NCBI GenBank assembly: GCA_023263945.1
Contig: JALQTW010000004.1
Span: 3,095 to 67,094, forward strand
Reading direction: 5' to 3'
Source of the DNA: Patescibacteria group bacterium
GTDB lineage: Bacteria; Patescibacteriota; Gracilibacteria; Peribacterales; Peribacteraceae
Length of the DNA stretch: 64,000 nucleotides
Part shown: piece by piece, positions 18,907 through 28,401 of the stretch
How the letters are laid out: each line of letters starts with the position of its first letter
How positions within the stretch are numbered: position 1 is the first letter of the stretch
Made by a program: the position numbers and the translations under genes
Notes under the pieces: generated by a model
Seen by the model: the letters and a program-made list of their open reading frames with translations, nothing else
What the model was told of the DNA's origin: nothing
Databases searched by the model: none

Positions 18907-21219
18907 CTATCCACGCTGATACCGCAGCAGTTCCAAAGATGGCACTGTACTCTCTACCCACGTGAATGTGGTTTCTTCGTCACTCCAGATGATGGAGTTT
19001 GATGTGTTGGGATCACCCAATACAGGAACAGAGGTAATGAGAATACTTGGTGCAACAGCAACCTGTGGATTCGTAATATTTGCCTGCAAGACGTAGCGCA
19101 CTTTTTGGCCTTGCTCGACAACATGTTGCATTGGTCCTGCATCAATGTTCGAACACGTGATGGTCATAGTTCCCGTTGGAGCAGAACCAGAACAGGAGAG
19201 TGTGACAGAAGGATTTCCCTCTGCGTACAAACGGGGACTCACGGGATCAATCTGCACATTCTGTGCAAGTACCTGGAATGTAAGCGTTTTGATGATCACA
19301 TCGTTCGAGCCATGGTAGGTATTGAGGTGTGGAGAAGCAGTGAGTTCCAGTGTTCCAAGCGTCGACATGCCAGAAGGAATAACGCCGCCGTCCACTGAAA
19401 GGGAACCTCGCGCAATGGAAGAAATTTTGGCGAGAGCGACTGTCTGAGATTTTCCGCTCAAAGGCGCGTTTGCCCCCGGCGAATTTCTACCAATGAAAAT
19501 TTCTCCTTCCAGTACGTTGTCTCCGTCTGTTTGCCGAAGCTCGTGGGTGGACGTGACACCTCGTGCCTCGACAGCCGGATATCCTGCGGTGCTTGTGGAC
19601 ATGGTGATGGTAAATGATTCGCCACTCACCGCACCAAGACCATCGGACTTAATCTTTGCACGGACAGTGAGTTTCTCTTCTTCATTGCGACGGAGGATCC
19701 AAGTACGCGATGGAAGATCGGCACAGAAACGTGCGCTGGTTGACGTTCCACACTGGCTATTTGTTGCCTGTGCAAAGGCGGTTGAAGAACCGTTTCGATA
19801 CAAATAGAGTGATTCAATACTGGGGCTTCCTCCTTCAAAACGAAGGTCCGTGATATCCAGATCTTCCTGATCTGCAAGAAATGTTGTCTGAAAGACGGGT
19901 TCGGAGAGAGCACTGCCGAGATCTATATGTGATTGCACATTGATATTGTCATTCATCACAAACAGATTTCCTTGATCCGAAACATCGATGGTTCCACTGT
20001 TCTGCGTGACCACGTTCATCCAGCAGATTTGATTCACAGGACAGGTGCCATCCGTCTCAATGCCGGTGAGCGCACGTCCATCTGTTGCTCCTACAGCTTC
20101 AATGTAGTGCGTGGAGGTAACATCAAACCCAAGGCGTAAACTCACATTCGCAATGGTGTTCACAAGATTCGCACGAACTTCAAAAGGAACAAGAACGCCG
20201 TCATGCAGAAGCCCATTTGTTCCAAGTTGATCGAAGACTAATTTGCCTCCATCCGTCCTTCCACTTTCCTGGGCAACTGTTTCATACGTTCCGTTCCCGT
20301 CACGATCCATCGCGAGCGTGTATTGGCTCGCGTATAAGAGAGAACCTACTTCTGGGACAAACGTGATGCTCGTCAGGAGAGCATTTTGTCGGCCCGCCGT
20401 TGCGGTGAATCGGAAGAGCGATACATTGCGCTGTCCGCTTGGGAATGTGCTCACGGTTGCGGCTGCCTGTTGTTGAATGCTGACAATCGCATGACGAACA
20501 GGTTCACTCACAAGAAGGCAGATTGAGGAGCAGCCATCACCGTCTTCCGTATTGCCGTCATCACATTCTTCATTTCCTTCTTTGACTTCATTGCCACACA
20601 TGCCAGAACCCGATGAGACAGAAGATGAGGAAGAAGAATGAGTGATGAGTCCTTCCGGAGCAAGCTTCACAATCAGTTCAGCAATCTCTCCACGCGTCAT
20701 GAGATGAGCAGGGCTTGAAAGGAGATTCGTCAGGACATTTTTGCTACGCGCATACGCGATATATGGTGCATACCATGTGCCTCCTCCTGTTGGAGGAGAA
20801 AGGGGACTGCCGAATGCGAGTGTTGTCATCTTGAGAGCTTCTGCAAAATTGACAGTATTTCCCGGTCGGAATGTTCCATCTGAATATCCACCCACAATGC
20901 CAAAGCCTTTTGCTAGGCACACAGGACGTGCATACCATGGAATAATTTCGACAGGAAAATCATCAAAACACCGAAGATCCGTAGGGACTGCAGCATCGGG
21001 ATAGGCCGTTCCCATAAGCATTTTCATAAGCTCGGCGCGATTCACAGGAGCGTTTGGTTTAAAACTTCCGTCATCATATCCACGAACAATGCCGAGATTT
21101 GCAAGGAGATCAATGCTCGTTTCGTAACGCGTATTTCCTGTATCACTAAAGAGCGCCGCCGAGGCGGATCCAGCAAGTGCAATCACAAAGATCCCTGATG
21201 CCAAGAGAAGCTTTCGCAT
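18907..21219 (-). CDS. S-layer homology (SLH) domain protein with a Myxococcus-type Cys-rich (DUF4215) repeat
   Basis: GIVRGYDDGSFKPNAPVNRAE, GYSDGTFRPGNTVNFAEALK, CGNEVKEGNEECDDGNTEDGDGCS. Confidence 0.88.
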   Translation of the reverse strand: MRKLLLASGIFVIALAGSASAALFSDTGNTRYETSIDLLANLGIVRGYDDGSFKPNAPVNRAELMKMLMGTAYPDAAVPTDLRCFDDFPVEIIPWYARPVCLAKGFGIVGGYSDGTFRPGNTVNFAEALKMTTLAFGSPLSPPTGGGTWYAPYIAYARSKNVLTNLLSSPAHLMTRGEIAELIVKLAPEGLITHSSSSSSVSSGSGMCGNEVKEGNEECDDGNTEDGDGCSSICLLVSEPVRHAIVSIQQQAAATVSTFPSGQRNVSLFRFTATAGRQNALLTSITFVPEVGSLLYASQYTLAMDRDGNGTYETVAQESGRTDGGKLVFDQLGTNGLLHDGVLVPFEVRANLVNTIANVSLRLGFDVTSTHYIEAVGATDGRALTGIETDGTCPVNQICWMNVVTQNSGTIDVSDQGNLFVMNDNINVQSHIDLGSALSEPVFQTTFLADQEDLDITDLRFEGGSPSIESLYLYRNGSSTAFAQATNSQCGTSTSARFCADLPSRTWILRRNEEEKLTVRAKIKSDGLGAVSGESFTITMSTSTAGYPAVEARGVTSTHELRQTDGDNVLEGEIFIGRNSPGANAPLSGKSQTVALAKISSIARGSLSVDGGVIPSGMSTLGTLELTASPHLNTYHGSNDVIIKTLTFQVLAQNVQIDPVSPRLYAEGNPSVTLSCSGSAPTGTMTITCSNIDAGPMQHVVEQGQKVRYVLQANITNPQVAVAPSILITSVPVLGDPNTSNSIIWSDEETTFTWVESTVPSLELLRYQRG

Positions 21220-21278
21220 GAGGAGGGGAGTATAGCAAAAGAATTGAGAATTGAGAATTTAGAATTGTGAATGATTCT

Positions 21279-21545
21279 AAAAAAGAGGCACCCGTCCGGA
21301 ACGCTCAGTATGAGCACTCAGTACGGATGCCTCCGAATGAAGCAGCGACCGAAAACTACTTCGTCTCCCTACCCACGTTTTTGTGTGAGTGGTAGGTTTG
21401 TGTGTTCACTATATGAACGTGTTTGTGTTTGTATGGATCCCTCTACGAGGGAACTCTTCGGCCTAAGAAGAGCAGGGAGTGAGATGAGGCCAGAAGCCGC
21501 ATGTCGCTCACTGCGAGGGGCAAAGTAATGGGAAAGAACAAATCT
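21279..21545 (-). ncRNA. Unassigned structured RNA candidate with its own promoter and terminator
   Basis: End-to-end pairing, several hairpins with G-U pairs favouring the minus strand, terminal long hairpin plus T-run. Confidence 0.5.
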
Positions 21546-21549
21546 CGTC

Positions 21550-21578
21550 AGTATAAAGGATTTTGGCTTCTAAATCAA
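21550..21578 (-). promoter_or_regulatory. Sigma70-type promoter for the candidate RNA
   Basis: Minus strand TTGATT, 17 nt, TATACT. Confidence 0.6.
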
Positions 21579-21683
21579 GAGGTGCTGGTGTGAGCGATCA
21601 CATGATTTTTAAGGCTTCTTCGGATCATCCGAGCATGATGACAAAGGATTCTTTCGCGAATAAATTCGCGTATTTCGTTGTCC

Positions 21684-21713
21684 GTTAGCCCCCGATTTAA
21701 ATCGGGGGCTAAC
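21684..21713. repeat. Perfect 30-bp palindrome (REP-like)
   Basis: GTTAGCCCCCGATTTAAATCGGGGGCTAAC is its own reverse complement. Confidence 0.85.
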
Positions 21714-21751
21714 TCTAAAAATCATATGACCAAGTGTGATAGGCTTTACCC

Positions 21752-22333
21752 ATGTCCCTTGGAAAACTCGTTCTCCTCATTGGTCCCAGTGGCGTTGGCA
21801 AGAGTGTGATCTTAAAGAAACTCCGCACCAGACATCCTGACTATGTGTTTCCCCGTTCCGCAACCACCCGTCCACGCCGTCCTGGGGAAGGGAATGAACT
21901 CTATCACTTCATTACGGAAGAGGACTTCACACAGTGGATCGACGAAGGAAAGTTTTTAGAATGGGCGCAGGTGCATCATGGTGCTCGGTACGGCACGCTT
22001 CTTTCTGAAATCCTTCCTGCCATCGAAACCGGAAAGACTGTTGTACGTGAAGTGGATGTGCAGGGTTTTGAAAGTATTCGCATTCATCCAGAATTTTCCG
22101 GTGCATCACCAAAGCATCATCTGCAAACTATCTTCATCCTTCCGGAAAATGAAGAGCAGCTCATCACGCGCATCAAAAACCGTGCACCTATTTCTGATGC
22201 TGAATTGAAGAATCGAGTAAGCAGTATGAAACAGGAACTTGCAACAGCGGATCACTGTGATGTTCGTATTCGGAACATTGAAGGAAAATTGAATGTGACG
22301 ATTGCAGATGTGGAAAAAGCGATTGCGAAATAA
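21752..22333 (+). CDS. gmk: Guanylate kinase
   Basis: GPSGVGKS P-loop, SATTRPRRPGE, FLEWAQVH, YGT, DVQG. Confidence 0.96.
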   Translation: MSLGKLVLLIGPSGVGKSVILKKLRTRHPDYVFPRSATTRPRRPGEGNELYHFITEEDFTQWIDEGKFLEWAQVHHGARYGTLLSEILPAIETGKTVVREVDVQGFESIRIHPEFSGASPKHHLQTIFILPENEEQLITRIKNRAPISDAELKNRVSSMKQELATADHCDVRIRNIEGKLNVTIADVEKAIAK

Positions 22334-22369
22334 GTTTCGAGTTTCGAGCTACGAGGCACGAGAAATTGG

Positions 22370-22543
22370 TCATTCTTCCTCATCATTGTCTTCACCGCCG
22401 CCATGCATCCTCTTTCGTTCATCCATGAGCGATTTACCTACGATCGATGCAATCGCTCCGCCAATAATTACGCCGACCACGGCCTTTTTGACCGTGCGCC
22501 GCATGAAGCTCTTCTTCGTCGTAGATGAGAGAGGATTCCACAT
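22370..22543 (-). CDS. Small single-TM protein, 57 aa (MWNPLSS...VVGVIIGGAIASIVG...DEEE)
   Basis: Open frame with basic N-terminus, hydrophobic stretch and acidic tail; TATACT upstream; not in the ORF track. Confidence 0.5.
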   Translation of the reverse strand: MWNPLSSTTKKSFMRRTVKKAVVGVIIGGAIASIVGKSLMDERKRMHGGGEDNDEEE

Positions 22544-22692
22544 AAAGACGATTTGGAACAGTATACAGGAAACAGAGTGGGCCTATTCAGAGACTATTGA
22601 AATACGTACAGAGCGCATCTGCAAGCGGAAAAGGTTGAATTTGATCAAAAATGTTGTTCAATGATATACCTTCTCTATGGCAGGATACGGCC

Positions 22693-23517
22693 ATGGTTCT
22701 TTTAAAAGCGGATCTCACCGGCACTGTTCGTGTGATGGGAATCCTCAATGTGACGCCCGATTCCTACTACGATGGTGGATTGTACGCATCGAATGAGACA
22801 ATGCTTGCACGTGCGAGGGCGATCGTAGAAGAAGGTGGAGATATCATCGATATAGGCGGAGAATCCACGGGCCCCGGCTCGCGCGATGTATCGGAAGAGG
22901 AAGAAATCCAGCGGGTTGTTCCAGTCATCGAACTCATCAAAAAAAATCTTCCTGATGCATTCATTTCCGTGGATACCTACAAAGCAGAGGTTGCACGTAG
23001 AGCGATTGAGGCAGGTGCTTCGATGATCAATGACGTGACTGCAGGAAGGGGAGATGAAGCAATGTTTTCTGTCATCACTCAAACCAAAGTGCCGTACTGC
23101 ATCATGTTTTCCAAAGACAAGACTGCGCGGACAATAAAAAAAGAAACACAGTACAAAAATGTTGTGAAGACGATTGTTTCCTTCTTGAAGGATCGTATGA
23201 GTGCTGCAAAGAAAGCAGGGATCGATCCTACGCACATCATTGTCGATCCGGGACTCGGTCATTTTGTGTCATCTGACCCTTCCTACTCATGGCAGGTGCT
23301 TAAGCATCTGGAATCGTTTGCGGCACTTGCACCGGTGCTTGTGAGCCCCTCACGCAAATCGTTCCTTGCAGGACCTCAGAATCTTCCTCCTTCGGAGCGT
23401 CTTCCCGGAACGCTCATGGCAACGGCTATCGCTCTGGAACACGGCGCATCGATCATCAGAACACATGATGTTAAGGAAACGAAGAGAGTGATTGAAGAAT
23501 GGAAAGAGCGGAGATAG
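22693..23517 (+). CDS. folP: Dihydropteroate synthase
   Basis: MGILNVTPDS, DIGGESTGPG, SVDTY, INDV, DPGLG, SRKSF, IRTHDV. Confidence 0.95.
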   Translation: MVLLKADLTGTVRVMGILNVTPDSYYDGGLYASNETMLARARAIVEEGGDIIDIGGESTGPGSRDVSEEEEIQRVVPVIELIKKNLPDAFISVDTYKAEVARRAIEAGASMINDVTAGRGDEAMFSVITQTKVPYCIMFSKDKTARTIKKETQYKNVVKTIVSFLKDRMSAAKKAGIDPTHIIVDPGLGHFVSSDPSYSWQVLKHLESFAALAPVLVSPSRKSFLAGPQNLPPSERLPGTLMATAIALEHGASIIRTHDVKETKRVIEEWKERR

Positions 23518-23614
23518 AAATTGTTATATTGCTAAAATAAAAACATGCCCATCGCTTGTGAACAATGTAACAATTATTTCTCGTTATCCTTCTCTTTCTC
23601 TCACCTTTTTATTT

Positions 23615-24442
23615 TTATGCCCCAAACACCTCCAGCACAAATTGAACAAGAGAAAGGCTAAATAAGACGAGGATGAGCCCCACAAGTGCACGAAGAACAA
23701 TGCCTTTGGATCTATCAATATTACCTTCATTCATGAAACTCAAAATGAGAAGGACACCTGCAAAAATGATAACTCCCACCAGCAGGATAGAAAGGAAGGT
23801 GAGGATGAACTGGAAAATAGCAAAGATAAAAATGAGAACAGCATTGGGTGTGCGATCCACAACCAGCACTCTTTCGATTGCCGGAATAGCAACCAGAATG
23901 ATGAGTCCCATGAGTGCATGGAAGAGCGAGCGACGTGCATTGGAATAACTTCCTTCATCACCAAAGCTGGCAATGGCACGCAGGCAGGAGCCAATAATTA
24001 CTCCTACGGCAACAATGACGGCAAAGGCCTCTAGGAATCCTGCAAAACCATTGATTTCATCGTACACTTCCCACGCGTTCACAATAATTCCCGTGCCTAG
24101 AAATGAACTGCTTCCACTCTGGTTGTAGTAGAAGATGCGGATCATGATGGGAGAGAGTTCTGCAAGGACGATACCTGTAAGCACAATGCCGATTCCTGTG
24201 CGGGCTTTTCCCAGCGCACCCTCGTCCGTGCTCATGAGCAGTGTCATAGACAAAATAACCACTGCAACCGATGCAACGGGAAGTAGAAGACCGTTGAAGG
24301 CGGGAATGAGTATATCGATAATGTACTGCGAAATGTTTATAGCTCCTGGAGACACTGTTTGTGCAAAAGCAAGCGTAGGAACCAGGAAGAGCCCCGTAGC
24401 CCCTGAGCGAAGAAGCCAGCGAACAACAGAGAAATTCTTCAT
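23615..24442 (-). CDS. Membrane protein with three tandem TrbC/VirB2-like pilin units
   Basis: Signal ending AFA, then three copies of TM-(S.G)DE....AR-TM. Confidence 0.65.
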   Translation of the reverse strand: MKNFSVVRWLLRSGATGLFLVPTLAFAQTVSPGAINISQYIIDILIPAFNGLLLPVASVAVVILSMTLLMSTDEGALGKARTGIGIVLTGIVLAELSPIMIRIFYYNQSGSSSFLGTGIIVNAWEVYDEINGFAGFLEAFAVIVAVGVIIGSCLRAIASFGDEGSYSNARRSLFHALMGLIILVAIPAIERVLVVDRTPNAVLIFIFAIFQFILTFLSILLVGVIIFAGVLLILSFMNEGNIDRSKGIVLRALVGLILVLFSLSLVQFVLEVFGA

Positions 24443-25269
24443 GGGATTTGAAGTGTATTAATAACGGCTGTCAATATGGCATAGCTAAAGAGTGCGATGA
24501 GGAGAGAAGCGAGCGTTCCAATCACCGTTTGTCGAGCACGATCCTTTAATGATTCATCAATGGAAATAATAAGCATCACACCTGCTGCAAAGAGTGCAAC
24601 AACGGAGAGTGCTCCCATGAAGGCCAGTGCAAAACGAATGACGCCGGCAATTTCAATAACGAGTCCAATCCATCCTGTGTCCGGGAAGAAGACGGCTTGC
24701 ACAATCACCGTGCTGGTCATCATGATCATGATGGCAGCGGCATAGTGCAGAATATTCTTTCGGGCATTTGCAGCGGCAGACTCATCACCACCGGATGTGA
24801 TGAAGCGGTACGCAGCAATAACAAGCATGAGGAGGAGAATCCCTTCAGATGCTTCTACCAGGTATCCACGCAGTTGATGTAACTGAAAGATGAGAGGACC
24901 CGTTTCAAATGGTTGAGGACTGGACGTTCCGGGAGAACCTAAACAGAGTGCTGCACGAATTTGATCACCTGCGGCAAGAACGCCGAATCCAATGAGGGCA
25001 TAGATGAATGATTTTCTTGTTGTGGTGATGGTACTTTCGTCTCCTTCGTTCACAACCATTTTGAACCCGTAGTAGAAGAGGAATCCTGCTGCAACGCCGC
25101 CTAAAATAGTGGCGCCATTTCCTAGCAGAAAGTTATTGATGTATCCAGCTAGACCTGCTGCGCCCGTACCACCCAAGAGAAAGACAGGGCACGCCGCGAA
25201 GGCGAGGCTTGGCATGAGAAGAAGGGTACTGCCCACGGTTGCCAGAAAGGGGGTATGGCGACGCAACAT
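24439..25269 (-). CDS. Membrane protein with three tandem TrbC/VirB2-like pilin units
   Basis: MLRRH...LAFA signal; units NEGDESTITTTRK, SGGDESAAANARK, SIDESLKDRARQ; TATAAT 9 nt upstream of ATG. Confidence 0.65.
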   Translation of the reverse strand: MLRRHTPFLATVGSTLLLMPSLAFAACPVFLLGGTGAAGLAGYINNFLLGNGATILGGVAAGFLFYYGFKMVVNEGDESTITTTRKSFIYALIGFGVLAAGDQIRAALCLGSPGTSSPQPFETGPLIFQLHQLRGYLVEASEGILLLMLVIAAYRFITSGGDESAAANARKNILHYAAAIMIMMTSTVIVQAVFFPDTGWIGLVIEIAGVIRFALAFMGALSVVALFAAGVMLIISIDESLKDRARQTVIGTLASLLIALFSYAILTAVINTLQIP

Positions 25270-25344
25270 ATTCCTTTTATTATAGCACAAAAACCCGCTT
25301 TTTGAAACTTGCAGAAAGCCTCTCCATCCATACAATACGGATCT

Positions 25345-26040
25345 ATGCCTTTTTCCGCTTCCCCTTCCCAAAGTCGGCCTCTTGCTCTCGATCGTTCCAC
25401 CCTCAGCCAGACGTATGCTCTTTTTGCCCTTGCACTAGGGCTCACGGCGGTTGGTGTATACCTGGGGATGACGTATAGCGAAGTCCTTTTGACCTCTGGT
25501 ATGTCGCTCCTTCTTGTTGTGATCAGTTTTGCTATCATCCTGAGCTCCAGCTGGTGGGCTCATTCCAGTCCTTTGAATTATCTGCTGTTTGCTCTTTTCC
25601 CACTCATCTCTGGTATCACCGTCACACCGTATTTGATCCTTGTCACAACGGGATACACAAATGGTGGTGCCATTCTCTTGAATGCGCTTGTCGCAACAAC
25701 CCTCATGGCAGGGGCATCGGCACTGTTTGCACTCACGACAGGATGGAATTTGGCATTCCTGGGTCGCACGCTTCTCTTTGCATTGCTCGGTTTACTCGCA
25801 GTCATGATTCTGCAGCTCTTCATTCCGGCATTGCGTCTTCCGGAAGTGGAAGTCATCATCTCCGGTGCGGGTGTCATCATCTTCGCACTCTTCACAGCGT
25901 ACGATGTGCAACGTGTGCAACAGCTTGCAGGTTCAGGAGCAAATCCGTTCGTACTCGCGTTATCGTTATATCTCGATATTTTCAATCTCTTCCTCATGAT
26001 TCTGCGCTTTATGACGGCGATCTCGGGGAGGAGGGACTAG
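25345..26040 (+). CDS. Bax inhibitor-1/YccA family membrane protein
   Basis: About 7 TM segments, AYDVQR, ALSLYLDIFNLF. Confidence 0.92.
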   Translation: MPFSASPSQSRPLALDRSTLSQTYALFALALGLTAVGVYLGMTYSEVLLTSGMSLLLVVISFAIILSSSWWAHSSPLNYLLFALFPLISGITVTPYLILVTTGYTNGGAILLNALVATTLMAGASALFALTTGWNLAFLGRTLLFALLGLLAVMILQLFIPALRLPEVEVIISGAGVIIFALFTAYDVQRVQQLAGSGANPFVLALSLYLDIFNLFLMILRFMTAISGRRD

Positions 26041-26220
26041 GGATTAGGGACTAGAAACTAGGAATAGGGATTAGAAGAAGTTCCAAATCAAAAGAACCTA
26101 AGAACCAAACAATAGAGAAGGAAAAAGCTCTCAATTTGGAAACCAATAACCAATCAACTAAAAACCCCTCATTCATACCCTTTACATCTCTAAGCTCGCT
26201 CGCTATCCTCTGTCTCCCAC

Positions 26221-26406
26221 ATGTCCAAACGTCCTACCCCGAAAAAACGGCTTAGTAAGGATCGCGGTCGTCGCAGGCATTCTGCGTATGCTCGTGGCGA
26301 AGCACGTCGTCTTGCCGAGTTTGCAAACTCTCCTTTTGCAGGACCAGCACAGAAGAAGGATAGGGGAACGAAGGCGCTTGAGAAGATTACGAAGATTAAG
26401 GCGTAA
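26221..26406 (+). CDS. rpmF: 50S ribosomal protein L32 (Cys-less form)
   Basis: PTPKKRLSKDRGRRRH; position before nusB-rnc. Confidence 0.8.
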   Translation: MSKRPTPKKRLSKDRGRRRHSAYARGEARRLAEFANSPFAGPAQKKDRGTKALEKITKIKA

Positions 26407-26548
26407 GGCACGAGTTATTAGTTTTTGGTTATTAGTTCTTAGTTTTTTTGGAGTGGATTTTTGAAATGTATCCAAGAACCAAAAACTAAAAACCAATAAC
26501 TCTTTTTAATCCCTTTTGTCCTCCACCCAATCACGTTACTCTACACCC

Positions 26549-26968
26549 ATGCCCAAACGCCGCCATCTCTCGCGTATTGCTGTGATGCAGGTGCTCTTTG
26601 AATGTGAGGCACGTGGGAGGGAAAAAGACGATGAGATGCTCACGCGAAGCATCGCAGAATTGGGAGGAGAAGAAGCGGTAGATGTATCCTTTGCGCAGAC
26701 ACTTTTACTTGGAAGCCGCGATCAGTTTCAGCAGACCATCGACTCCCTTAAGCAGTATGCACCGCAATGGCCACTGGAACGGATGGATCCTGTTTCTCGC
26801 GCTATCCTCATGATGAGCGTGTATGAGCTCCTGTTTGCGAATGATGCACCGCCACCAGTCGTGATGAACGAAGCGATCGACATTGCCAAAGAATACGGAA
26901 ACGCAGAGAGTGGGAAGTTTGTGAATGGGGTGTTGAACGCTATAGCGCATGGTCGAAAAACGGATTAA
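26549..26968 (+). CDS. nusB: Transcription antitermination factor NusB
   Basis: RRHLSRIAVMQVLF, PPVVMNEAIDIAKEYG, FVNGVL. Confidence 0.95.
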   Translation: MPKRRHLSRIAVMQVLFECEARGREKDDEMLTRSIAELGGEEAVDVSFAQTLLLGSRDQFQQTIDSLKQYAPQWPLERMDPVSRAILMMSVYELLFANDAPPPVVMNEAIDIAKEYGNAESGKFVNGVLNAIAHGRKTD

Positions 26969-26975
26969 TCGTCGA

Positions 26976-27025
26976 AGCGGCGACTCCGGAGTCGCCGCTA
27001 GCAGCGAGCCATGGCTCGCTGCTAC
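26976..27025. repeat. Two adjacent perfect palindromes (GTAG-type REP-like)
   Basis: AGCGGCGACTCCGGAGTCGCCGCT and TAGCAGCGAGCCATGGCTCGCTGCTA; the minus strand begins GTAG. Confidence 0.75.
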
Positions 27026-27036
27026 GATAGGGGTAC

Positions 27037-27729
27037 ATGCCCAATCCCACATCCCTCACATCTCTGGAGAAAGCCATTCGTGTGCATTTTCATGATAAAG
27101 AGCTCCTCGCTCAGGCGCTGACGCACCGCAGTGCCGTGCATATGAGCAGAACGAATGGACACAATGAACGTCTGGAGTTTTTAGGTGATGCGGTACTGGA
27201 GCTCGTCTCAACAGAGTATCTTTATCATTTAACAGATCGCCCGGAAGGGGAACTCACGAACTGGCGTTCAGCCCTTGTACAACGCGATAACCTTGCGGAT
27301 GTTGCGCAGGAATTAAAGCTTGGTGAGTATATTTTCATGAGTAGAGGAGAAGAGGCGAGCGATGGTCGCTCCAAGGAATCGACCCTCGCAAACGCCCTGG
27401 AAGCACTCATTGGTGCCATCTATTTGGATCAAGGGTTTGATCCCACTCGTACGTTCATTGAGGATTTCATTCTTGCACGCCTTCAAGATCTCCTTTCCAA
27501 AGGAAAACACCGCGATGAGAAGAGCGTGTTCCAGGAAATCGCACAGGAGAAAACAGGCAAAACACCTACGTACAAAACTGTGTCGGAAGTCGGTCCTGAT
27601 CACGAAAAGATCTTCACCTGTGCCGTCTGTATTGGTGATGAAGAAGTTGCGCACGGAACAGGCAATAGTAAACAGCGTGCAGAGCAGGCTGCTGCCAAAG
27701 AAGGGCTACGGGTGAAGGGGTGGAAATAA
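27037..27729 (+). CDS. rnc: Ribonuclease III
   Basis: ALTHRS, NERLEFLGDAVL, EALIGAIYLD, C-terminal dsRBD. Confidence 0.97.
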   Translation: MPNPTSLTSLEKAIRVHFHDKELLAQALTHRSAVHMSRTNGHNERLEFLGDAVLELVSTEYLYHLTDRPEGELTNWRSALVQRDNLADVAQELKLGEYIFMSRGEEASDGRSKESTLANALEALIGAIYLDQGFDPTRTFIEDFILARLQDLLSKGKHRDEKSVFQEIAQEKTGKTPTYKTVSEVGPDHEKIFTCAVCIGDEEVAHGTGNSKQRAEQAAAKEGLRVKGWK

Positions 27730-27801
27730 AAAAGTGGTACGTTGCAGGGTAGCACGTTACACGTTTTATCTTGCTACCGTGTAACGCGCAACATGAAACA
27801 T

Positions 27802-28326
27802 TTATCCCATCCTAATCTCAATGTTCACACCCGCAGGAAGGCTCAAGTTCTGGAGAGAGTCGACTGTCTTGAACGTTGTCTCGGAGAGATCGATCAAACG
27901 GCGGTGAATGCGCATTTCAAACTGATCACGGGCGTCTTTATGGACGAACGTAGAGCGGTTCACGGTGAACTTCTTGATCTTCGTGGGAAGGGGAATAGGA
28001 CCATGCACAACGGCACCGCTGCGTTCTGCCGTATCGATAATCTTGAGGGCTGCTTCATCCAGCACGGCGTGGTCAAATCCGCTTAAACGAATGCGGATTC
28101 CCTGAATCTTCGGGTGACCCTTCTCCATGGCTTTTGCCGCTGCCGATGCTTCCATGGGAAGTTGCTGCTTGGAAGGAGCCGCCTTCGCTTTGGGAGCGGG
28201 AGGAGCTTTCTTAGGAGCTTCTTTCTTTGCCACAGTTCCGCCTTTTGGCGAGACAAGCTTCTTTGCTACCGGCTTCTTGGCCGGAGCAGATTTTTTCGCT
28301 GGAGTTTTCTTCTTCTCGGGAGTCAT
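27802..28326 (-). CDS. rpsJ: 30S ribosomal protein S10 with a long K/P/A-rich N-terminal extension
   Basis: IRIRLSGFDH, GPIPLPT, RDQFEMRIHRRLID, LPAGVNIEI. Confidence 0.96.
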   Translation of the reverse strand: MTPEKKKTPAKKSAPAKKPVAKKLVSPKGGTVAKKEAPKKAPPAPKAKAAPSKQQLPMEASAAAKAMEKGHPKIQGIRIRLSGFDHAVLDEAALKIIDTAERSGAVVHGPIPLPTKIKKFTVNRSTFVHKDARDQFEMRIHRRLIDLSETTFKTVDSLQNLSLPAGVNIEIRMG

Positions 28327-28353
28327 AGAAGCGGTGGGAAAGAAAGAACAGTC

Positions 28354-28394
28354 CGGCTTCGTCCCATCCCCCTTGCGGGGGAGGGACTACGCCG
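28354..28394. repeat. Hairpin-forming palindromic element between tuf and rpsJ
   Basis: CGGC-TTC-GTCCC-A-TCCCCC-TTGC-GGGGGA-GGGAC-TAC-GCCG. Confidence 0.5.
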
Positions 28395-28401
28395 AGAGAA
28401 A

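Noticed and set aside
21279..21545. tmRNA, RNase P RNA or SRP RNA
   Set aside because: tRNA-like ends, GAGGAAAGUCC and the contiguous SRP helix-8 motif were not found
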